A stretch of 64,000 nt of DNA from Eledone cirrhosa (taxonomy: Eukaryota). The notes beneath the pieces are model-generated. The model was not told where the DNA came from. It made no database searches and worked only from the letters and a program-made list of their open reading frames with translations. Location: NCBI GenBank assembly GCA_964016885.1, contig OZ024743.1, positions 351,664,001 through 351,728,000 of the forward strand, given 5' to 3'. Shown here piece by piece: positions 52,941 to 64,000 of the stretch. Within the stretch, counting starts at the first letter, position 1, and every line of letters starts with the position of its first letter. The translations under genes were made by a program, and so were the position numbers.

Positions 52941-54337
52941 TATATAACAATATATCATCATCATCATCATCATCGTTTAATGTCTATCTTCCACGCTAGC
53001 ATGGGTTTAGACGGGAATTGTCCCACTTGAGGCAAGATTGTTTGTCTTGCTCGTATCGGACTGTCTGGCAGGTTTTCTACGGCTGGATGCCTTTCCTAAC
53101 ACGTTGATGATGATGATGATGTTTAGGAGACACAGTAAAAAGACTCCCAGTCCACACTGTAAAAGTGATTGGTGTTGGGAAGGGCATCCAGCCATAAAAC
53201 ACCTTTGACAAAAACCGTCTAACCCATGCTAGCGTGGAAGATGGGCGTTAAACGATGATGATGATGATGTGGGTCTATGTGTATATGTGTGTATGTACAT
53301 TCTTATGTCCGTGTGTGGGTTTCTGTGTCTGTATGTATGGATATATATATATATATATATGTCTGTGTGCGCCTATGCGTACCTGTCTGTGTCTGTCAGA
53401 TTTCTATAGCTTACAATTATTATTATTATTATTATTATTACTTTCTATCACTATTATCTAAACCCACAAACCAACTAATTCCATTAATTCCTTTTTTTAT
53501 TTTGTTTCACTCTTTGACAAAAACTTGAACTATCTTTAATGATACAATGAACTAGCACCAGATTGTTCAAGTTTGACACCACCCCCCTCCTCTCAGCTTT
53601 GAATGACCAAAACACATTCCTTAATGCACCTACACACACAAATCTTTAAATGCTTGCGCGCACATGCAAACATGCACACAAATATCTGTGAATACAAACT
53701 AGCATAGCTTCCCCACCAATACACACATAGGGCCGATGCCTATATATATACTTTCTCAGCTCACATACAACAAGAAAATATTTTTTTTTGTCACATCACC
53801 AGTCTGACAAGCAGATCGCTACTGGAGTCGGGTCCATAACTCCTACGGGTTACCTTGAGCCAATCCTCTGCGCAACGTGCACACAATAAATATTTTTTAT
53901 ATGTAAACGAAACTTCCTCTATTTTTTTCTATTATATACACTCTGCCTGTGCATAGAGTGCTTGATTTGATACCAACACAAGTTATTCATTGTACTACCC
54001 ACACTATCATCATCACCATCATCAATACTTATTTGTTGTGCTCATAATGTTTGGTATTAATATATACTGGTTGGATGCCCTTCCTAACACTAGCACCACT
54101 TTACAGCATAGACTGTGTGCTTTTATTCGTGCCCCCAGCACTAGAGAGGTTGTCTTACTGGATGCAGTAAAAACCTGTTTAGACTATTACTCACCAGAGT
54201 ACTTGATACTTGTGGTAGTAGAGTATGGTAATATGAAAAAGTTAGGACCCCTGATGGCTGAGCTCTTGCCGTTCTAGCTGTTGAAACAGCAAAAGCTCAG
54301 CCGTCGGGCTCCCGATTCTTTCATATATATATATATA

Positions 54338-54690
54338 AGGTTGTGGGTTCAATTCTCGGGCCGGGTGATGTGTTGTTTCCTTGAGCAAGACACTTTATTT
54401 CACATTGCTCCAGTTCACTCAGCAGTAGAAATGAGATGATAGGGACTGGGGTCCATATCATTCCACTGCAAAGTGGTTGTGGAGGTGCCACGGCAAAAAA
54501 GCACCCAGCACTCACTGTAAATGAGGTTGGTGTTAGGAAGGGCATCCAGCTGTAGAAATCAAGCCAGAATCAGTTCCCGTATGAGCAAGACAAGGTCAGC
54601 CGACCAGACACTGCCCACAACAGGACAACCCGTCTAACCCATGCTAGCATGGAAGAACGGACGTAAAACAGTGATGATGATGATGATAAT
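54338..54690 (+). mobile_element. SINE family B copy (5'-truncated) with an R2-like tail
   Basis: B-box and body, followed by a tail nearly identical to the RTE 3' UTR at about 29625-29880. Confidence 0.85.
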
Positions 54691-54764
54691 ATATATATAT
54701 ATATACAAGAAATAGAATAAAAGTATTTTTCTTCTTTGACTATTCTCTTTTTCAACTTTTGCAG

Positions 54765-54895
54765 GTCTGACAGCATGTTGCATTGCATTCGCAGGCTATA
54801 TATGTGATAAAGAAAATGTTGCTGTCTATGATGGTTCTTGGACAGAATGGGCACAGAGGGTTAGTCCAGATCAGATCTTGTCTAAGAACTCTTGA
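54765..54895 (+). CDS. MPST: MPST coding exon 3 (last)
   Basis: ttttgcag acceptor; encodes GLTACCIAFAGY..VAVYDGSWTEW..KNS-stop (rhodanese signature YDGSWxEW); the three exons total 873 nt = 290 aa. Confidence 0.95.
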
Positions 54896-55009
54896 GCTAA
54901 ATGTATTTCTCATGAGATCAAACTAATTATGTATGACCTATATAGAATTTGATTTTTATTATAAAGAATTGAGAGTTAATTTTTTTTCAATCATAACTAA
55001 GTAAAAGCA

Positions 55010-55108
55010 AATAAACAGTTACAAAGATTCCTCTGATAAATTGTTGAAATAATGAACATCATCTATGTTTTATATATAAAATTAATTCTTGAAATTAATT
55101 AAAATAAA
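55010..55108 (+). terminator. Candidate MPST polyadenylation signals
   Basis: AATAAA at 55010-55015 and 55103-55108 downstream of the stop codon. Confidence 0.5.
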
Positions 55109-55439
55109 ATGTTTTAAAGCAGTCTGTTTTATTATTAATATCATCATCATCATTGTTTTAACATCTGCATTCCCTGCTCACTTTTTTTATTTCTAGCCTT
55201 CACACATCCTCTGCATTAAATGTCTCACTACCATGCAACATTGCACTATGCACACAAACTACAGAAAATCCCCCTTTTGCTCAGAGAGAGAATCCCTTTG
55301 TTGATAATGTTATTTTATTAATTATAACATATTAGAGTTTGTTTTTTTTATTCCAAGGATTTAAAAAATAAGTTTTAATGAGAATCATCTTGGAAATGTC
55401 ACCAAATTTATGTAATGCTAGTTTTCTTTGTTGGGATTA

Positions 55440-57980
55440 AACCAGTGTTTGTTGCAATTATGGAACAGTCTACATTTGAACAACCTAAGAAAATATGTCA
55501 ATTACTTCATACTTTTACTATTGATTTTACTAAAACATTTGATTGCCTACACAGACATCCTTATGGAATATCATGCGAGCTTATAACATACCATCCAAGG
55601 TTGTCTCAGCCTTCAAGGATTTATATATTTGTTCAAAAGGCTGCATAAGAACTGAAGATGGTTATAGTGAGGTTTGAGGTCATCACAGGAGTCTACCAAG
55701 GATGCCCACTGTCCCTTTGCTATGGTCATTGACTGGATTCTCAAAAGGACAACAGAAGATAAGGAGATTGACTGGCTAAAGGAACAGAAGCTCTCTGACC
55801 TTGACTTAGTGGATGATATTGCAGACATGGCAAAAAATACACCCAACCTGCAGTATCTGATAGATGAGACAGTATCGTCTGCAGCCATTATTGGTCTCCG
55901 CCGAGGTTAACTTTGCCTTTCATCCTTACGGAGTCGATAAAATAAAGCACCAGTTATACACTGGGATAATTGCTGGCCTTGTGCCAAATGTAGAAACAAT
56001 TATTGGTCTCCACATCAGTGTCAAAAAGACCATGTCTGTCTATCTTTATATCTCTTTGTCTAAAAGCTCTAAACGTTATAGAAACACAATGGGAGGGAAC
56101 ATTGCAATAATCACTGAACATAAACTTCTAAACTATGTTTTTTAGCTTATCCATCACCAACAAATCAGGAGAATATGGAGGTCATGAATGACTTCACATA
56201 CCTAGGAAGCTCTATCAACAGAAGTGGGGACATGGTGAAAGAAATTAATTGCAGAATAGGCAAAGCTTTGGCTGCCTTTAAACAACTCCTCTGGAGAAGC
56301 AAACACTTTCACTTGTTACCAAGATGAGATTTTACAACATCAATGTGCTTTCAATGCTCCAGGTGTGAAACATGGAGTGTGAAGAACAGCCAAGAGAACC
56401 ATCATCATCGTTTAGCGTCCATCTTCCACGCTTGCATTGGTTTGGACGGGAATTTTCCCACTTGAGGCAAGAGTGGTTGTCTTGCTCGCATAGGACTGTC
56501 TGGCGGGTTTTCTACGGCTGGATGCCCTTCCTAACACCAACCACATTTACAGTGTGGACTGGGAGGTTTTTACCGTGTTACCCACACGGCCACATTGCAG
56601 TGTGGACTGTGTGCTTTTTTGTCATGACACCTACACGACCTCATTTATTTCGGACTGGATGTTGTGGTACCAACATAACTTTACATCAAAAGGGATGGGG
56701 TGGGGGTAGTGGGACGGGTGTGTATTTTTGTTAAGAGGTGCCTACTGACTGTAGGTTTCGCTTTGTACTTAGGCAAGGCGGGTCTTCTGTATTACTGAGT
56801 AGCGCCAAAGATCTTGGTCCAGTGACATTGTCTTGGTTAGGTGTAAGTGTGTGAGGTCGGAATTTATCAAGTCGTCCCAGGTTTTTCTGGGTCTGCCTAC
56901 TCCATGGCTACCGTCTATTTTTAACGCCCTGCACTTTTTTATACAGCTGTCATCTTTCATGAGCATCACGTGACTATGCCAACGTAGTCTTCTCTCGAGT
57001 AAACAACATCTGATCCCTCTTATTCCTAATTTCTCCCTTAGTTCATTTATGCTTTGCCGTTCACGTATATTACTATTACACATCCAACGGAGCATGCAAG
57101 CTTCGTTCCTCTCCAGTCTGCGTATATCCTCTGCACACAATGCCCAAGTCTCACTGCCATGTAACATTGCTGTTCGTATGCAGGCATCATACAGCCTGCC
57201 TTTCATTTTTAGAGAAACCTTTAGCGGCCAATAGTGGTATAAGCTCTCTGAACTTTTTCATCCCATTCTGACTCGAGCTACTGTACTTTCAGAGCACCCT
57301 CCACCACTGCTGATTTTGTCACCCAGGTCACGGAAGGTGTTTACTATTTCTATAATGGAATGAGCTAGTATTCTGTGGGCACTTGCTGCTACTTATTGCA
57401 CCTGAGCACCGGCCACATATAAAATCTATATTCTTAGTTAGCTTACCTGTGATCCCACTACATCTTTTATGCACCCCATACTTTGCATTTGGGACATAAA
57501 ATGGAGTTTCTGCCTACTCCTTTCCTACACACTGAGCATGGCCATTTCCCAGATGGGACCAGTGCCCTATTTTCCTTCCTTACAAACTAGAACTTTAGTC
57601 TTAGACAGGTTAATTTTAAGGCCTTTTGATTCTAGAACCAATTAGATGCTTTTGACACCGAATGCCTACGGAAAATCTTTGGCATCAGGCTGGATGACTT
57701 CATCACCAACAAAGAAGTCCGTCAACAAACCCACCTGTCTAAGATCATGTGCAAACATCCAACTTGGCTAGTTGGGACCCATCAAATGACTACCAAGTGC
57801 TAATCAGGTCCTGTATTGGTATCCTCATGAAAAGAGGAGGTCCTATGATGAACTGGGGGCAGACAATTGACAGAGACCTGAAACCCGTCAACAAAAGTTG
57901 GAAAGAATTATTGATAGATGCAATTGACCTTGGTCATTGGAGCATCCCCAGACATGGGAGCTTCTAAGTCTAAGTAAGTT
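55440..57980 (+). mobile_element. Old RTE-like LINE split by a SINE and a younger RTE
   Basis: IDFTKTFD, LDLVDDI and FTYLGS motifs; the frame ETWSVKNSQEN|QLDAFDTECLRKI rejoins across the insert; short TAAG-type tail. Confidence 0.75.
56402..57633 (-). mobile_element. 5'-truncated RTE R1 nested insertion
   Basis: ORF 56769-57206 is the RTE C-terminus; flanked by the direct repeat AGAACCA (56395-56401 and 57634-57640). Confidence 0.92.
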
Positions 57981-58199
57981 TACTATAATGAGTTGTGGTC
58001 TCTCTTCCATGGTGCCTCTTTACCTCTTGCTAGACTAGTTGGGAGTTAAGTATCTTTGTTCAAGACAACATACTGAAGAGACACAATCCTTTGATTCTTC
58101 AGCCAGTCAACCGGGGTACAAAATGACTTGATCATTTGTTACACACATGTAATTTTAACTTTGGTTATTTAAATAATTTCCTCCAAAAGAAAGTTCAAT

Positions 58200-58940
58200 A
58201 TCAAACAATGTGTGTTATACTTTGGGAAGGTCATACTGTCAATAAAAACACATGCACCAGTTTAATTTCACTTTAGTTTATTATTAGTTAAGGAACCAGG
58301 GCAGTGGATTGGCAATTTCTGTAGAGCATTGGACATGCTTTCTGTTCATAATTCTGGCCATTTACGTTCTGAGTTCAAATTCTGCCAAGGCTAGCTTTGC
58401 CTTTCATCCTAAAAACACACACAATCTAAAATGTTAATGCCTCTAACCTTATATATGTGTCCATGAAACATACACAAGGTCTGAACACAAAAGAACCAAA
58501 CTCCCGCTGTCACTGCCTCGTTCTCTCCTCTCCCCATCTTTCACTCGATAAAATAAAGCAGCAGTAACACACTGGGGCCAATTTAATCGACTTTCCCCTT
58601 CCCTTCAAATTGCTGGTCTTGTGCCAAAAATAGAAACCATTAGTTTAGTAACCAGGTGGTTCTTTAATTGTTGTCATAGCTCTTTCGTCACACATCCTGT
58701 GACTTTCTAAAAGACTTTTGTTGCGATCTTGTTCTATTTATTCCATCAACAAAGAGGTACAAGAGTAGTCAATGAGAAGGTCTCAGGATATGTGACAAAA
58801 GAGCTTTGATAATGAATTAAACAATGAATGGATTAGTTACTTAACTAATAATAAACTGAAGTGAAACTCAAGTGGTGCATTTTTATTGGCAGTATGTCTC
58901 TCCCAAAGTATAACAATATCTGTTTCAAGATACAATTTCA
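58200..58940. mobile_element. Long fold-back (palindromic) non-autonomous element with a SINE A in its left arm
   Basis: 58215-58295 is an inverted copy of about 58838-58915; inner arms about 58660-58708 versus 58776-58820; SINE at about 58300-58640. Confidence 0.7.
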
Positions 58941-59601
58941 CATAAAGAATAAATACAAAAACATTTTTCTGTGTATTAAGGAGTTCAAAACATAGCCATG
59001 ACTGTGTGGTTGATTCACAACTACATAGTTTTAGGTTCTACCCACTACATGACACCTTGAGCAAATATCTTCTACTATGACATTGGATCAACCAATACTA
59101 TATGAGTATCTGAATGAAGGATCCTTTGTAGTGAAAAGTTGGGAACCACTGATCTATACAAAGAGAGATGATTATTTTTCATCGAAAGCAGAAGTATGAA
59201 CTATTATAAAAAAAAATTAAGTATTTATGTATTTTCACAGGATTGATGTCTGTGGAAAAATGAAATATTGATGTGGCAACACCTTTATTTCTAAGGCTCT
59301 TTGTCAAAGGCTATATATATATTCTTTACAATATCATCATCACCTTTTAACATCCATGAATGAGTTAGACAGGTTGTCACATTATAAGACAATCCAGGTC
59401 ATATGACTGTGTCTTGCTCAGAGGGAACTGTTTCTGGCTTGGTTTCTATGGCTGGATGCCCTTCCTAACACCAACCAATAGAAATGTTAAAAAAAAGACA
59501 GGCACATACACTATGAATGACACATGCCAGTTTTTGAAAATATTCTTTTTTGTGCAGTGAGAGTTAAGAAAAAGGCATAAAAATAAAGAATTGATTGAAT
59601 A

Positions 59602-59607
59602 TTTATT
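59602..59607 (-). terminator. Candidate STRAD polyadenylation signal
   Basis: AATAAA on the minus strand about 270 nt after the stop codon. Confidence 0.5.
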
Positions 59608-59874
59608 TTATGTATAAAAAACAGACATTGAAACCAGGGATCTATTTGAGTATAATAGATAAAGATAAAAGTATTGTTCAACAAAGATAAAAAGTTAACA
59701 TAGACAAGTTTTCATAAGCCTCAGAAAAAGGGGAATAGTGAGACAGGAGTTGCTGTTTCTTTCTTTGTCTAGTATATATAATTTATTTGAGTTCTTTGCA
59801 GAAGAAACTTCATGTGATATGTCCACCAACAAGGCTGAATAATATTAAATAATTTTTAGCTGCTCAAATAACTG

Positions 59875-59951
59875 TCAGAAAATCCACTTGTCTTCAATAT
59901 CTATATCCTGTGTTGCATCTATCAACTCATCCATTGCTGAGTCGCCATCCA
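59875..59951 (-). CDS. STRADA: STRAD last coding exon
   Basis: ttttag acceptor; encodes LDGDSAMDELIDATQDIDIEDKWIF-stop, an acidic tail ending in WxF like the STRAD WEF motif. Confidence 0.85.
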
Positions 59952-60721
59952 CTAAAATATGAAAGAAAGACAAGACACATTAAATAATATTTAAGAGTCA
60001 AAGTGAAGTTAAATTTCTAAAAAACAAAGACATAAATTTATTGCAAGGTTATTTACAACATGAGCCAATATATCCTTAGTAAATTCAACGTTATGCCAAA
60101 TATAGTTGATAAATTCTTCTTTATGCTTGCTTTTTATTCACAGAGTAAAATACCAGGTGATGGTGGTAGTGTCACAAAAAAAATGAAACCGGGCCATGCT
60201 GTGAAATGGTTGGCATCAAGAAAGGCATCCAGCCATAGAAATCATGCCAAAATGAAACACATGAACAAGACACAGTCATCTGACCTACTCGTCTCGCCTA
60301 AGCGTGTGACAACCTGTTTAATCCATGCAGGCATGGAAAACCAGACATAAAACAGAAGCGGTGGTGGTGATAATTTACAAAAGAAATACAGAAAACTCCA
60401 TCCTACAATGTATTGGCTTATGATATAAGCCTTGTAATAAATTTACAATTGATGTGCCTATCATATGATGATGTGCCTGGCTTATGATATAAACCTTGTA
60501 ATAAATTTACAATTGATGTGCCTATCATATGTAATTGATCACAATGAATTTATTATACAGTGCACCAACAAAAATGTATTTTTGGAAATATGCATATAAT
60601 GTATTTTTCAAAAAATAAGACACCCTTATTTTGAAAAAATAAAAAAATGTTAGTGGGAAAAAGTTAATATACAGATATACTTATAATAGCTTGTGCGTAC
60701 ATAAATATTTTCATTATTATA

Positions 60722-61375
60722 TGGTGGATTGGCAGTATCGGTAGGGGGTCGGACGCATTGAGTTACGGCCCTTGCCATTCTGAGTTCAAATCCCGCCGAG
60801 GTTAACTTGGCCTTTTATCCTTATGGGGTCGATAAAATAAAGTACCAGTAATGTACTGAGTAATGCTGGCCTTGTGCCAAAAGTAGAAACAATTATTATA
60901 TTCGTGTACACACAAGGGGCGGTGGAATCAGTAGTGCCAGACACCAGCATAGAGTTGTGGCCCTTTACGTTCTGAGTTCAAATCCTGCCGGGGGTTAGCT
61001 TTGCCTTTCATCTTTACATGGTCAATAACATAAAGCTCCAGTAATGCACTGGGGACAATTTAATCAACTTCCCCTCACCCCAAATTGCTAGCCTTGTGCC
61101 TATTGTGGAAATCATTATCATATTTGTACATAGGGGAGGTGGATTAACAGAATCGTAAGAGCATCTAACAAAATGCCTAGCATTATTTGTTCTGGCTCTT
61201 TACATTATAAATTCACATCCCACCATAGTCAACTTTACTTTTCATCTTTTCAGGGTCGATAAAATTAATTATCTTTTAAGTAGTGGGATCCATTTTAATT
61301 GCATTTCTCTTCAACCTCCACCCCCAACACACACACTAATGGCTAGCCTTATACTTAAATTAGTAATCATTATCA
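60722..61375 (+). mobile_element. Three head-to-tail SINE family A copies
   Basis: Units at about 60722-60897, 60915-61120 and 61135-61375, each with a B-box-like motif and the family core. Confidence 0.75.
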
Positions 61376-61481
61376 TATTTATACCTTTAGTGTATAGGGT
61401 AAAAAGAAATGAGTCTTTTACACTGAAAAATACGGTACCTATGATATAAAGAAATAATTTAAAAACAAAATATTTTCTTAC

Positions 61482-61606
61482 GTTTTGCAAGTTTACTAAT
61501 ATCTGTGAGAGGAGTTACAGGATGTAGTAAACCAGGCAAGACATCTGCTGTATTCCTGCGGAGGTTCTTTAGAAATGCATGATTCAATAAATTAGAAAGA
61601 GGCAAC
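61482..61606 (-). CDS. STRADA: STRAD penultimate exon
   Basis: 125-nt exon encoding LPLSNLLNHAFLKNLRRNTADVLPGLLHPVTPLTDISKLAK, similar to STRAD-alpha LLNHSFFK..LPELLRPVTP. Confidence 0.88.
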
Positions 61607-61904
61607 CTAATTGAAGAAAAGAAAATATATTTAAAAAATGGGGACAAACAAAAAATAACAACTTTAGCTCCACTTCAATCTAATGTAAAAATTAAATTTC
61701 TATCTCCAGGACAGAAAACTGGAAATTTGAGGATAAAGGGGGTTATTCTTATGAATCAACAATAATTATTTTGCTTTCACAACTTTATATATATGAACAT
61801 GTTATCATAAAGATAGGTTATTTTGGAGTGGGTTTTATATATTGATTAATTAGAGCAATAGCAACTGGACCTTCAGGGATAGTTGCCGAATGGCTGAAAG
61901 CCAT

Positions 61905-62300
61905 CACCACGTCATCTATCTCAAGTTTTCCTAGGTCTTCCTCTTCCACAAGTTCCATTGACTTTGAGTACTCTGCACTTTTTTATTCAGCTGTCATCCT
62001 CCACATGCATCACAGGCTCATACCAGTGTAGCCTTCTCTCTTGTACACTGCAAATCCTTCTTATGCTCAGCATTTTTTTCAATTTATGCACATTTTGGGG
62101 GAGTTCATGCATGCTAAAACACATCAATCAGAGCATGCCTGCTTTATTTCTTTCCAATCTTCATAGATCCTCTGCGTTCAATGCCCAAGTCCAACTACCA
62201 TGCAACATCACACATCTCATACATACAGACATCATACAATCTGCCTTTCATCCTGAGAGCGAAATCTTTTGTAGCCAGCAAGGGTAGTAGCTCCCGGATT
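61905..62300 (-). mobile_element. Decayed RTE fragment
   Basis: Remnants of the LHGS.TW and GRPRKT region. Confidence 0.6.
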
Positions 62301-62777
62301 ATAACAAACAGAAGAGGACTGAGGGCAGAGCCTGATGTATCCACACCTGCACGCTAAACTTGTCACTATACACATTGTTACCTCTAACCTTGCGAGAACA
62401 TGCCATCTTATCAGAATTGACATTAGGTTTTGTATATGGAGATTAATTTGTGCAGTATATTATGTAAGATGATGATGATATATACTTTATGTGTCTGTTA
62501 GTGTTTCTGGATGTATGTGCAGCTGGTTACAGACTAAATAGTAGCAATTTATTTGATTGGTTGAAAAGATCTGTAACCAGACCAGATGCATATATATTTA
62601 TATAACTGGTTTTAGCAAAACTATGTTTATGTCAATCTTTTCAACCAATCAAATAACTTGCTACTATTCACTCCTAAAGCATGCTGTATATATATATATA
62701 ATCTTAGACATTGACCAAGAAACTCACTCAGATGGTGGATAGGTGCTACACGAGAATGCTGAGGATGGCTCTGAACA

Positions 62778-63431
62778 TCATCATCATCATCATCATCGTT
62801 TTACGTCCGTTCTTCCACGCTAGCATGGGTTAGACGGGTTGTCCTGTTGTGTGCAGTGTCTGGTCGGCTGACCATGCCTTGCTCATACGGGAACTGATCT
62901 GGCTTGATTTCTACAGCTGGATGCCCTTCCTAACACCAACCTCATTTACAGTGAGTGCTGGGTGCTTTTTCGTGGCGCCTACACGTCCACTTTACAGTGT
63001 AGGCTGGGTGCTTTTTTTCCGTGGCACCTCCACGACCACCTTGCGGTGGGGGGTGTGGGGGCATATTGTTTATATGCTTCAGCATGTACCCATGGGAGGT
63101 CGGGTACTCTGTATTACTGCGTGACGCCAGAAGTCACGGTCGTGTGTCATTGTCTTTGAGAGGTGTAATTGGGTAAGGTCGGCTTTTATCACCTCATCCC
63201 AGGTCATCTTGGGTCTCCCCACTCCGCGGTTTCCATCAACTTCTAGTGCTCTGCACCTTTTTATGCAGCTGTCATCCTTCATACGCATTACATGTCCATA
63301 CCAGCGCAACCGCCTCTCCTGCACACAGCATTTGATTCCTCTTATGCTCAGTCTCTCTCTCAATTCATTTATGCTTTGTCGTTCACGTATATTACTGTTA
63401 CACATCCATCGGAGCATGCAGGCTTCGTTTC
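62778..63431 (-). mobile_element. RTE R2 3' fragment nested in another LINE remnant (about 62735-63720, plus strand)
   Basis: RRLRWYGHVMRM and GRPKMTW on the minus strand; flanks read CYTRMLRMALN and RLRLAGHAHRHP on the plus strand (RTEX-like). Confidence 0.8.
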
Positions 63432-63812
63432 TCTCTGAGGATGAAGAACTCAGAACTATACAGGAGCCTACCAAAAGTCAGCTCAAAAGTGACACAGAGG
63501 GGAGACTGAGGTTAGCTGGACATGCTCACCGACATCCAGGGTTGACACTGCACTCAGTGCTCCTGTGGACACACTGGAAGAGGAAGACCAAGGTTAACGT
63601 ATGTTGATGCCCTAACGACAGATACTGGTCTGTTGGAGACACAGGACATGGCAGCGATAATGAGGGACAGAGACCGCTGGAGAGAACTCGTCCATGGATC
63701 TCGGGAATTTTACCCGCCCAAGATATATAATCTTGTAAAGAATTTACTCTTACTCTAAAATTTTGGACAACCTGCCACTCTTGATTTTTGAAATGTAATT
63801 TTATTTTTTTAC

Positions 63813-63924
63813 CTCATGTTAGCTTCTTTCTCCAGGCACATGTCAACAAAATTGTGAAAAGCATAAGAGAATGTTCGGGTCAATGCTGGTGAATCTTTAG
63901 CAATGTTTGTACTTAATCGATTAC
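63813..63924 (-). CDS. STRADA: STRAD exon (end of the kinase-like C-lobe); gene continues beyond the window
   Basis: 112-nt exon (tttcag / gtaaaa) encoding NRLSTNIAKDSPALTRTFSYAFHNFVDMCLEKEANMR, similar to STRAD RTFSPHFHHFVEQCL; phases match. Confidence 0.87.
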
Positions 63925-64000
63925 CTGAAATTGGAATAAAATAAGACAAAAAACGGGTAAAGATAATTTTCATTATAATAATTAGATTTTTCAAAATTAG

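Noticed and set aside
60414-60531. Short tandem duplications (about 63 nt here; about 22 nt at 20237-20293)
   Set aside because: Ordinary slippage duplications without further structure.

Overview
AT-rich, microsatellite-laden animal (eukaryotic) genomic DNA with GT-AG introns. The repeat landscape suggests a coleoid cephalopod such as an octopus, but that is an inference. Three host genes can be rebuilt by reading splice sites and frames: (1) ORC4 on the minus strand, six coding exons from 26145 down to 4133 and continuing off the left edge; (2) a complete 290-aa MPST/rhodanese sulfurtransferase on the plus strand, head-to-head with ORC4; (3) the last three exons of the pseudokinase STRAD on the minus strand, convergent with MPST. 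Most of the remaining sequence is decayed mobile DNA: RTE LINEs, tRNA-headed SINEs sharing the RTE 3' tail, CR1, CRE-like and L1/Tx1 LINEs, three Penelope-like elements (PLEs), a CsRN1-type Gypsy element, mariner and piggyBac remnants, MITEs and minisatellites. Most notable observations: a modular, covarying two-hairpin array in the RTE/SINE 3' UTR; a PHD-type finger inserted inside the RTE reverse transcriptase; two PLE-linked hammerhead-like motifs; inverted RTE copies bracketing an in-frame 198-nt ORC4 Walker-B exon block; and a perfect 91-bp fold-back at a CR1 5' junction. No clearly new multi-gene system is evident. Mobile-element boundaries are approximate.
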